Positions 8,449-19,118 of a DNA stretch of 64,000 nucleotides are shown in pieces. The notes below the pieces were generated by a model. The model was not told where the DNA came from. It made no database searches and saw only the letters and a program-made list of their open reading frames with translations. Source of the DNA: Candidatus Limnocylindrales bacterium (GTDB lineage Bacteria; Chloroflexota; Limnocylindria; Limnocylindrales; CSP1-4); the NCBI GenBank assembly GCA_050008515.1, contig JBEKMM010000003.1:212394-276393 (forward strand), given 5' to 3'. Both the position numbers and the translations under genes were made by a program. Every line of letters begins with the position of its first letter. Positions within the stretch are counted from its first letter, which is position 1.

Positions 8449-9567
8449 TCAAGCCGCGACGTGAATTCGGACGGTGGCCTGCAGGGCGTGGTGGGTGGCA
8501 TCTGCCGAACAGGGCCAGCCTTCCATGAAATCCGCGACCGCGGCGGAAGCCAGCCCGGCCTCCGATGTTGTCCACCCGCCCGCAATGAGGACACGGCCGT
8601 CGGTGAGACGCGTGGCGGTGTGTCCAGTGCGAGCGGCAGACATCGAGCCTGTGGGGCTGAACCTGCCGGTCTTCGGGTCGTACAGCTCGGCCGAGGCAAC
8701 CGGCTTGTAGTTGTTCTCAGCCCCGACCGATCCTCCGGCGACGAGAACGCGTCCGTCTGGCAGAAGTGTCGCGGTTGGGCCATCACGGGCGGTCTTCATC
8801 GAGCCGGTCAGGCTGAACGTGCCCGTCTTCGGGTCGTACAGCTCGGCCGAGGCCACGGCTCTGGAAACCCCTTCGTGGGACAGCGCCAATGCGACGAAGT
8901 CACCGCTATAAGCGACGGGGTCCGTGGTCGACCCGCCGACCAGGAGAACCAGGCCGTTGGGAAGAAGCGTCGCGGCCTGGTCGTAGCGTATGACGTTCAT
9001 GCCGCCTGTCAGGCTGAACTTGCCGGCCTTCGGGTCGAACAGCTCGGCCGAGTAGGCGCGCTTCAAAGTGCCGCCCATGCCGCTACCGCCTGCGACCAGG
9101 ACGAGCCCGTTCGGGAGCAAGGTCGCGGTCGGGCCGATGCGGCGGTAGACCATCGAGCCGGTCGGGCTGAAAGTGCCGGCCTCCGGGTCGTACAGCTCTG
9201 CAGCGTCCGACTCCCCGCCGTCGACCATGCCTCCGGCAATCAGGACGCAGCCGTCGCCAAGCAGGATTGCCGCGTGCTCGCCGCGCGCGGTGGTCATCGA
9301 GCCGGTCGGAATGAACCCGGGGCCACGCGCCGGTGACGGTGTGGGACTCGGCATGAGGCTGGCGCTCGCACTGGGCGTAGCCGCGAGAGTCGCGCCGGCG
9401 GTCGGCGATGCGCCGGTCGAGCCTCCGGCGCAGCCAGCGACCGCGAGAGCGACGACCAGACCCGCCAGGCCGAGGCGGGTCGCCCGAGGAGCCGGCTCGT
9501 AGCGTGGTCGCATCGGGCCGGTGTGGCACCGACCGAGGGTCTCGGCGGCATGAGAACGGATCCACAT
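8449..9567 (-). CDS. Secreted Kelch-repeat beta-propeller lipoprotein
   Basis: Lipobox 'LAVAGCAGG'. At least 5 Kelch-like repeats ('AELYDPxxGxFSxTGSM...R..HTATLLPDGRVLVAGG'). An alternative start is the ATG at 9513. Confidence 0.8.
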   Translation of the reverse strand: MWIRSHAAETLGRCHTGPMRPRYEPAPRATRLGLAGLVVALAVAGCAGGSTGASPTAGATLAATPSASASLMPSPTPSPARGPGFIPTGSMTTARGEHAAILLGDGCVLIAGGMVDGGESDAAELYDPEAGTFSPTGSMVYRRIGPTATLLPNGLVLVAGGSGMGGTLKRAYSAELFDPKAGKFSLTGGMNVIRYDQAATLLPNGLVLLVGGSTTDPVAYSGDFVALALSHEGVSRAVASAELYDPKTGTFSLTGSMKTARDGPTATLLPDGRVLVAGGSVGAENNYKPVASAELYDPKTGRFSPTGSMSAARTGHTATRLTDGRVLIAGGWTTSEAGLASAAVADFMEGWPCSADATHHALQATVRIHVAA

Positions 9568-9668
9568 CTTGTGGCACCCCCCTGGTGGCCACCGGCGTTA
9601 GCGCCAACCGTTTCTCTGGGCCGGAACAGCTAACCCTGACCCGGCGACTCTAGCATGCGCGAGCGTAC

Positions 9669-9715
9669 GGGAATGTACCCAGAGGGCAGCGGCCGTGGCT
9701 GGTCGGCGCCACTCC
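9669..9715. repeat. Intergenic repeat family, copy X
   Basis: Contains GGGAATGTACCCAGA (9669-9683) and GTCGGCGCCACTCC (9702-9715), both identical to blocks at 11667-11681 and 11543-11556. Confidence 0.85.
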
Positions 9716-9875
9716 GCTTGAGATACCAGGCTAAGCTGAGCGCGAGTGAGGCGAAGGCCGCTCCGCCGTGCCGATGACGATCAAGGGTGACCCGCCCTCG
9801 GCGCGAAGCATTCGGGCGTTGAGTCCGCGCTCGTGCAGATCTCGGACGTAGGAGGCCTGCCGGCAACCCGATGCC

Positions 9876-11333
9876 CTACGGGGCGAGCCACACCCCGCCG
9901 TACCCTGGTCCCAGCGACGCCTTCGTGCCGGACGCGGTGTCGAACAGGTCGAGGCTGAACAACTTCGCGTCGTACCGACTCGCGATGGCAGCAGCTCCGT
10001 CGGGCGAGATGGCGCCCTGCGCCGAGAGACCCTCCTCGAGCTTGGCCGCGGAGCCAGTGGACGCGTCGACGAGCCACACCTGCATGCGATAGGTCGTGGT
10101 GGTCATTGTGGTGGCGACGATATGGGTCCCGACGACGCGGGCACTTCCCGGGAGGTAGCCGGCTGCCGGATCCATGCCCGTGACCGGTCGCACGACCCCG
10201 GCCGCGAAGTCGAGCACCTTGAAGGTGGCCGGTTTCGCGAGCGAATCGGTGTCGGTGAAGATCTGGACGGTTCCCGGGTCGCCGACCGCAACCGGCTGGA
10301 AACCGGCAAGCTCCGTCAGCACGCCAGCGGTTCCAGCTGCCGGATTCACCAGGACCCACTGCTGCGTGGCGCGTCCGTCCTTGTAGCCCACGATGGCCTG
10401 GGCATGGCCGACCGACCAGGTGATCCGCGTCATCGTGTCGATCGTCGCGGCGTTCGAGACGAGCGTGACTGTGCCCGTCGCGACGTCAACCAGGCTGATC
10501 CCTTTCGCGTCCACCACCAGCAGGTGGTTCGCGTCCTGGGCGAATTCCGGCCTCAGGACGCCGCTGGCGGTGAGCACCTCGTGGCTATCGCTGCCGTCGA
10601 GGCTCTCGGTCACCACCCTTATGGTGGCACCCTCGCGCACGGTGTAGACGAGGCGGGTCCCGTCGGGCGAGAAGGCCAGGCCGCCGGCGTTGCCGCCCCC
10701 GACCGGTCGAGCCACGGCGGGCACACCGGTCCGGATCAGCGTCAGATCTGGGGTATACGCCACCAGCGCGGTCTCGCCGGGACCGAACGTCGGGGCGATC
10801 AGGTTCTTGACGCCCAGGGAGGCGAAGTTCTGGAATGCACCGGTCTGCGTGTCGAGGAGGTACGCCGGCGTTCCCGAATCGACGCCGAGCACCCACCAGC
10901 GCCCACTGAGAACCAACGGGCGGATGTCCAGCGGACTCGTGCCACCGAAATCCAGCGTCTTCGTGGCGCCGGTGGCGAGGTTGGTGACCATCCACGTGTC
11001 CATTCCCTGGATGAGCACAGTCTGGCTGGCCCTGGTCTCGTAGAGCTGCATCGGCTCGTGCGGGAGCGGGACACGTCGAAGCTCGCGGCCGCCGGCATCG
11101 CCGACTACCACGACCGACGCCTTTCGAGGCGACTGCGTCGCACTCGGGATCAGCCAGGCAATGGTCGTGGAGGCCTTTGCGGTGGGCGTCGCGCTCGCGG
11201 GCGACGTTGAGGTCGGCGCGATGGTCGAGGGGGCGGGGCCCGTCGGGCCTGGGGTGCTCCCACACGCGCCGACGGCGAGTGAGATGGTGATGATGCCAGC
11301 CGTCAATCGCCGCAAGTGATTGATGGTGCGCAT
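9876..11333 (-). CDS. Secreted lipoprotein with TolB/PD40-like beta-propeller repeats
   Basis: ATG at 11333 behind GGGGAGG. Signal/lipobox 'ITISLAVGACGS'. PD40-like motifs 'LAFSPDGTRLVYTV' and 'ISPDGAAAIASRY'. Confidence 0.7.
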   Translation of the reverse strand: MRTINHLRRLTAGIITISLAVGACGSTPGPTGPAPSTIAPTSTSPASATPTAKASTTIAWLIPSATQSPRKASVVVVGDAGGRELRRVPLPHEPMQLYETRASQTVLIQGMDTWMVTNLATGATKTLDFGGTSPLDIRPLVLSGRWWVLGVDSGTPAYLLDTQTGAFQNFASLGVKNLIAPTFGPGETALVAYTPDLTLIRTGVPAVARPVGGGNAGGLAFSPDGTRLVYTVREGATIRVVTESLDGSDSHEVLTASGVLRPEFAQDANHLLVVDAKGISLVDVATGTVTLVSNAATIDTMTRITWSVGHAQAIVGYKDGRATQQWVLVNPAAGTAGVLTELAGFQPVAVGDPGTVQIFTDTDSLAKPATFKVLDFAAGVVRPVTGMDPAAGYLPGSARVVGTHIVATTMTTTTYRMQVWLVDASTGSAAKLEEGLSAQGAISPDGAAAIASRYDAKLFSLDLFDTASGTKASLGPGYGGVWLAP

Positions 11334-11542
11334 GGGCTGCCTCCCCGAGGTCCAGCAGTACACCTGGCCTGTTAGCCAACTGTAACGCCGATCGCACCAC
11401 GACGAGCCGCGGCTGGAACGTTTGAAGGGTCTGCACTCGGCCTCGCGACCGCGGGTCTCGTCGCCGGCTGCGGCGTGGCAGGTGCCTCCCGGGCGGCCTA
11501 CGGTCGGGTCGCCCATCGAGGCTCGGCTGATCCCCCGTTGGT

Positions 11543-11730
11543 GTCGGCGCCACTCCTCTTACCCCGACGCGATGCGACAGAGCGCCAGCGGGAGTGAGGG
11601 TTAGCGAACGTACGCGGGACCGCGCATCGCTCGCTGGTTGATGTACGCGCGGGCGCGTATCAGTCAGGGAATGTACCCAGAACCGCACACCGCTGACCGG
11701 TCAACGTACGCGCTGGTGGCGACCAACGAG
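11543..11730. repeat. Intergenic repeat family, copy Y, with 4 degenerate ~33-nt tandem units
   Basis: GTCGGCGCCACTCC, then CCCCGACGCGATGCGACAGAGCGCCAGCG (11562-11590), then units starting GGTTAGCGAACGTACGCG, GGTTGATGTACGCG, GGGAATGTACCCA and GGTCAACGTACGCG. Confidence 0.8.
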
Positions 11731-11867
11731 TTCCGCGGCAACGGCAAGGAGCGCGGGAGTACCACAACGTGGTCGTCTGGGTTTGACGTCCATTTGGTCG
11801 TACTAGAAGCCAGGCCGGACCGCTCAGGCCGTCCCGCCTAGGGCGGGCCCAGTGGCGAGCTCAGTCC

Positions 11868-12344
11868 TCAGCTCACCGCTTTCTTCACGAGCGCGCCGAT
11901 CCTTGCCTCGTCGGCGGCGGTCAACTCCGTCAGAGCGAAGGCGGTCGGCCACATGGCGCCTTCGTCGAGGTTCGCCTCGTCGCTGAAGCCGAACGTCGCG
12001 TACCTCGTGTTGAACTTCTGCGCGCTTTGGAAGAAGCAGACGACCTTGCCGTCCTTGGCATACGCGGGCATCCCGTACCAGAGTCTCGGCGAGAGGGCTG
12101 GTGCGCTGGCTTTCATGACAGCATGGAGCCGCTCGCCCATGGCGCGATCCGGTCCCGACATCTCGGCGATCTTCGCGAGCACGGCGCTTTCCCCGTCCGC
12201 CTTGTCCGCGCGCGGGCCGCGGCGCGCGGCCGCCTTTTGCTCTTGGACGCGCTCCTTCATCGCGACTCGTTCCTCGTCCGTGAATCCCTCGAACGTCTTG
12301 TCGATCGCGGTGGTGCTCTTGGCGGACTTCTGCGTGTCCTTCAT
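11868..12344 (-). CDS. DUF1801/YdhG-like domain protein
   Basis: ATG at 12344 behind GAGGAGGAA. '[37 protein letters not shown]' matches the YdhG-like pattern as I recall it. Confidence 0.7.
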   Translation of the reverse strand: MKDTQKSAKSTTAIDKTFEGFTDEERVAMKERVQEQKAAARRGPRADKADGESAVLAKIAEMSGPDRAMGERLHAVMKASAPALSPRLWYGMPAYAKDGKVVCFFQSAQKFNTRYATFGFSDEANLDEGAMWPTAFALTELTAADEARIGALVKKAVS

Positions 12345-12597
12345 TGCAGGTTTCCTCCTCTGCGAGTCTTGATAGGGACGACCCTCATGCAAGCGAGCCG
12401 CCGCGGCGGCGGCTTCTCCGAAACTGCTCGGTCGTGACCTGGGACCGCCTGGCCCAGGTCTGCGGCCAGTATCTCGGTAAACCCCGAGTTCTAATGCAGC
12501 CCGGCCCAGGCCGACCGCGTCGTGCAACCACATGTAGCCGCGTCCGGGACCGGCAGGCTCAACCCTGCAATCCTGTCTACCCACAAGAGGCGTGACA

Positions 12598-12720
12598 GGT
12601 CAACGTGACAGCTGTCACGAGGGTCGCCAGCGGCAGCCGTCGCGTCGTGGTCACTCCCCTGTCCCCGACCCGATGCGACAGAGCGCCAGCGTGGGCGAGT
12701 GTTCGCCAATGTCACTCGAT
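12598..12720. repeat. Intergenic repeat family, copy Z
   Basis: GGTCAACGTGAC (12598-12609). CCCCGACCCGATGCGACAGAGCGCCAGCG (12663-12691) matches copy Y at 28 of 29 positions. Followed by ...CCAATGTCAC. Confidence 0.8.
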
Positions 12721-12742
12721 GCGATCGAGCGCGGGCCGTTGG

Positions 12743-13288
12743 CTAGGAACTAGTCGTCGCCTCTGCACCGATGGCCGAGACGACCGGGATCTGGATCGTC
12801 ACCGGCTCCGCGTAGGCGAACTCGAATGTCACCTCGACCGTCTGGCCGGCGGCCAGAGGCCCTGCCAGACCGCTCAGGACCATCTCGCCGTCCCCGGCTC
12901 GGAGCTGGATCGTCTCGTTGGCCTTGACAAGCCACCACGTCATCGGCGCCAGGCCGGGTATTCCGGTGACAGGATCCGTGGGTGCCGGCGAGCACCCGCA
13001 AGTCGCGTAGAGGCCTACGACCGCCGCGGCCGGGGACGAGCCTCCGAGGAGCTTGTCGTCGCGTCCGGTCCCGTTCCTGATCGAGGCCACCACGATGACG
13101 GGGTTGCCGTTGCCCGGTATCGGAAAGGCCTGCGCGTCGATGATGTTCATGCCGCTTCCGCGTGATGTCGGGGCGGTCGACAGGGTGGTCGCCGGCGCGA
13201 CGCATCCGGCAACGGCGAGTAGAGCGAGGCAGAGAACCGCAGCTCTGGTCACGTCGGATGGACGCTGGATGGCGTGTACAGGTTGCAT
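12743..13288 (-). CDS. PCu(A)C/DUF461-like periplasmic lipoprotein (divergent metal site)
   Basis: Lipobox 'LLAVAGC'. Strand pattern 'VIVVASIRNGTGRDDKLLGGSSP...VGLY...IQLRAGDGEMVLSGLAGPLAAGQTVEVTFEF' parallels copper chaperone PCuAC, but the usual His/Met ligands are replaced (a 'CGC' is present). Confidence 0.5.
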   Translation of the reverse strand: MQPVHAIQRPSDVTRAAVLCLALLAVAGCVAPATTLSTAPTSRGSGMNIIDAQAFPIPGNGNPVIVVASIRNGTGRDDKLLGGSSPAAAVVGLYATCGCSPAPTDPVTGIPGLAPMTWWLVKANETIQLRAGDGEMVLSGLAGPLAAGQTVEVTFEFAYAEPVTIQIPVVSAIGAEATTSS

Positions 13289-13611
13289 CGCCCGCACTCT
13301 ACCTCACCGATCGGCCGATCGGACCTGGCTGCCATTCTCGATTCGTGTGCTCCTTCACGTCAGGTACCGCTGCCGTGGGACGGTGTGCCCTTCCCGGACG
13401 CGAACGCGGCCGCTCCGTGGCTCGCTGCGACGACGGTGTTGGAGGGGGCCCGCGGGGGACGAAGGTGGAAGACGGCGGGAGCGCCGCCTGGAGCGGCCGA
13501 CACAGCGCCGCAGGCGCTCCAGAGGCCGCGGCAGGCGGACTTCCGCCGGCTGACCCGCGCTACTGCGTGAACTCCCCCAGCGCCGCCAGGCGCGTAAACC
13601 GCCGCGGAATC

Positions 13612-13643
13612 AAACGAGCCGGCCCCGAGGGACCGGCTCGTTT
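13612..13643 (-). terminator. Hairpin terminator downstream of eno
   Basis: Perfect 11-bp stem AAACGAGCCGG/CCGGCTCGTTT with a 10-nt loop, 13 nt beyond the eno stop. The stem ends supply the U-run in either orientation. Confidence 0.6.
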
Positions 13644-13655
13644 CGTTGGCTGAGG

Positions 13656-16174
<2,519 letters not shown>

Positions 16175-16251
16175 CGTTACCTCGGGTTTGGCTGAGCGGG
16201 GATCGGGACGGGCGGCCGTTCCATCCGCCCCGATCCGGTGCGTGACGCCGA

Positions 16252-17265
<1,014 letters not shown>

Positions 17266-17300
17266 GTCTGATCCTCCAGGAGAAAGTTGCCGCGCCCGGA

Positions 17301-18329
17301 TCAACCGTTCTGCGCGGATGTGGACGTTGGCCGATCGCCGCGCCAGGCGGGGTCGCCAAGGCGTGCGATCACGAGCGGGTGACAACCGGCCAGGCCGACG
17401 TCCGCGCCGAGCTCGGCCTGGACGATCTGGACCCGGCTTCGGGGCATCTTGAAAGCGGTCGTGGCCACCTCCTCCCGGGCGGGGTAGAGCAGCCGCGCTC
17501 CCTGTGCGTCCGAGATGGAGCCTCCAACCACGATTCGAGTCGGATTGAGGGCGTCGACGAATCCGACGCAGGCCACGGCGAAGGCGCGCCGACCGCGCTC
17601 GAGGATCGCGTGGCAGGTTTCGTCGCCCTCGTCCTCGCCCTCGGCGATGTCCTTGGCATCGATCGCGTCGATGCCCTCCTCCTCGGCCAGGGCCGTGAGG
17701 AAGGGGCTGTGGCCCTCCGCGACGGCCTGACGAGCGATGCGGGCCATGGCCGCCCCGCCGAGGAACGCCTCCAGATGTCCGACCGCGCCGCAAGGGCACA
17801 GGCCGTCCATGGCGACGGGCATGTGGCCGAGCTCCCCGGCGGTGCCGTCGGGGCCGTGGAGGATGCGGCCCTCCGAGACGATCGATCCCCCCACGCCGGT
17901 GGAGACGGTCAGGTAGATGAAGTCGGAGCAACCGCGAGCCGCCCCGAACGCCATCTCGCCCAGGGCGGCGACGTTGGCATCGCGATCGAGGAAAGCGGGC
18001 AGGCCCATCGCGCGGGCCACCTCCGCCGCGATGGCGACGTCATGGAACCCGTGGCCCATGTTGGGTGTCTGCAGGACCACGCCGCGCCACGGATCGACCG
18101 GGCCTGGGCTGGAGATCCCGACGCCGACGATCGCCTCGCGGACACCGGCAGGAGCGCCGTCCCGAGCCTCGGTCAAAGCCGCCACGCAGGCGCGGAGGAT
18201 CGCCGCGGGGCCTTCCGCCACGGGCGTGTAACCCTGGGCGCGAGCGATCCGCGTGCCATCGTCGACCACGACAGCTGCGCGTATCTGCGTGCCGCCGACG
18301 TCGAGCGCGAGGACAGGCCGTTCTGACAA
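17301..18329 (-). CDS. glk: ROK-family glucokinase
   Basis: TTG start behind GAGG. '[15 protein letters not shown]', 'GELGHMPV' and the Zn motif '[10 protein letters not shown]'. Confidence 0.85.
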   Translation of the reverse strand: MSERPVLALDVGGTQIRAAVVVDDGTRIARAQGYTPVAEGPAAILRACVAALTEARDGAPAGVREAIVGVGISSPGPVDPWRGVVLQTPNMGHGFHDVAIAAEVARAMGLPAFLDRDANVAALGEMAFGAARGCSDFIYLTVSTGVGGSIVSEGRILHGPDGTAGELGHMPVAMDGLCPCGAVGHLEAFLGGAAMARIARQAVAEGHSPFLTALAEEEGIDAIDAKDIAEGEDEGDETCHAILERGRRAFAVACVGFVDALNPTRIVVGGSISDAQGARLLYPAREEVATTAFKMPRSRVQIVQAELGADVGLAGCHPLVIARLGDPAWRGDRPTSTSAQNG

Positions 18330-18510
18330 GGAAGAACCTCGTCCGTTGGGGATTCGGTGGGATGCGCGCCAATTCTAGCAAAGCGGATTCGGGCGCCAGC
18401 GGGCCGGTCGGCCCATTAGGAGCGTCTGCTCCGACCGGGCGCGGTGTGACGCCCATCACGCTCACGGAGGCCGCTTGTGCCGTTCGGCCCTGTCCTGTCC
18501 GGGACAAGGA

Positions 18511-18536
18511 GCGACCCCCGACGTTGCGGGGGTCGC
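18511..18536 (-). terminator. Hairpin downstream of the small zinc-ribbon gene
   Basis: GCGACCCCCG/CGGGGGTCGC 10-bp stem with a 6-nt loop, 24 nt after the stop at 18560. Confidence 0.5.
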
Positions 18537-18559
18537 GGTAGCGCCGAGTTAGGGAGCGG

Positions 18560-18700
18560 CTAGCCTCCGATTCGGGTCACCTTGCCGCCGCAGACGGGGC
18601 ACAGACCCTGAGTTGCGGGTTTCCCGTTCTTCATCGTGATCTTCTGGGGGTTCTTGATCTCGACCATCTTCTTGTCTTTGACGCAGTAGCCCTCTGCCAT
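18560..18700 (-). CDS. DUF5679-like 46-aa zinc-ribbon protein
   Basis: Hand-translated; too short for the ORF track. Sequence MAEGYCVKDKKMVEIKNPQKITMKNGKPATQGLCPVCGGKVTRIGG, with a GGGAGG RBS. Matches my recollection of the DUF5679 family. Confidence 0.75.
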   Translation of the reverse strand: MAEGYCVKDKKMVEIKNPQKITMKNGKPATQGLCPVCGGKVTRIGG

Positions 18701-19118
18701 GTCGTTCAGCCTCCCAGTGTCGATGCCAAACGGGGCGCTGGCGCCCCTGATCTCGCGCTAGCGCCTCAGGCAGGACGGCCTGAGGACGGCGATGTGAAGA
18801 ACATCGGGCGCAACCGGTGGCGGCCTCTTTCAACCGCTCGCGGTCGAACCCGCAAACCCTGAGAACTCCGCAACGATGCGGTGGGGAAGTGAGCCCCGAT
18901 CGACTCGCCGGGGCCGAGTTCGCTCCGCTGCTGCCGGGCTCCATTGTGGGGCACGCGGGTGACCGCGTTCGGCAATACCTCGTCCCCCGTTGCTGGTGCA
19001 CAAAGCTGGGCACCTGCGGCGGAGCATAGACGGCGCCAAACTTGAGCGTCAAGCGCGCCGTTGGCGGTGGCACAGGACGGGCGGCCGAGGCGAGGACGCT
19101 CGCCGGCGGTGTGCGAGG

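Noticed and set aside
11599-11730. CRISPR array
   Set aside because: The repeats are degenerate, only four in number, and contiguous without unique spacers. No cas genes are in the window.
13298-13611. Protein-coding ORFs 13053-13553, 13162-13653 and 13274-13570 in the spacer upstream of the PCuAC-like gene
   Set aside because: They are Arg-rich, mutually overlapping frames without motifs or RBS. The region is better treated as a non-coding leader or promoter.
18701-19118. Known structured ncRNA (SRP RNA, RNase P, 6S) in the 418-nt spacer
   Set aside because: The conserved cores I know (for example GGAAGCAGCC for SRP, GAGGAAAGUCC for RNase P) are absent. Only generic GC hairpins are present.
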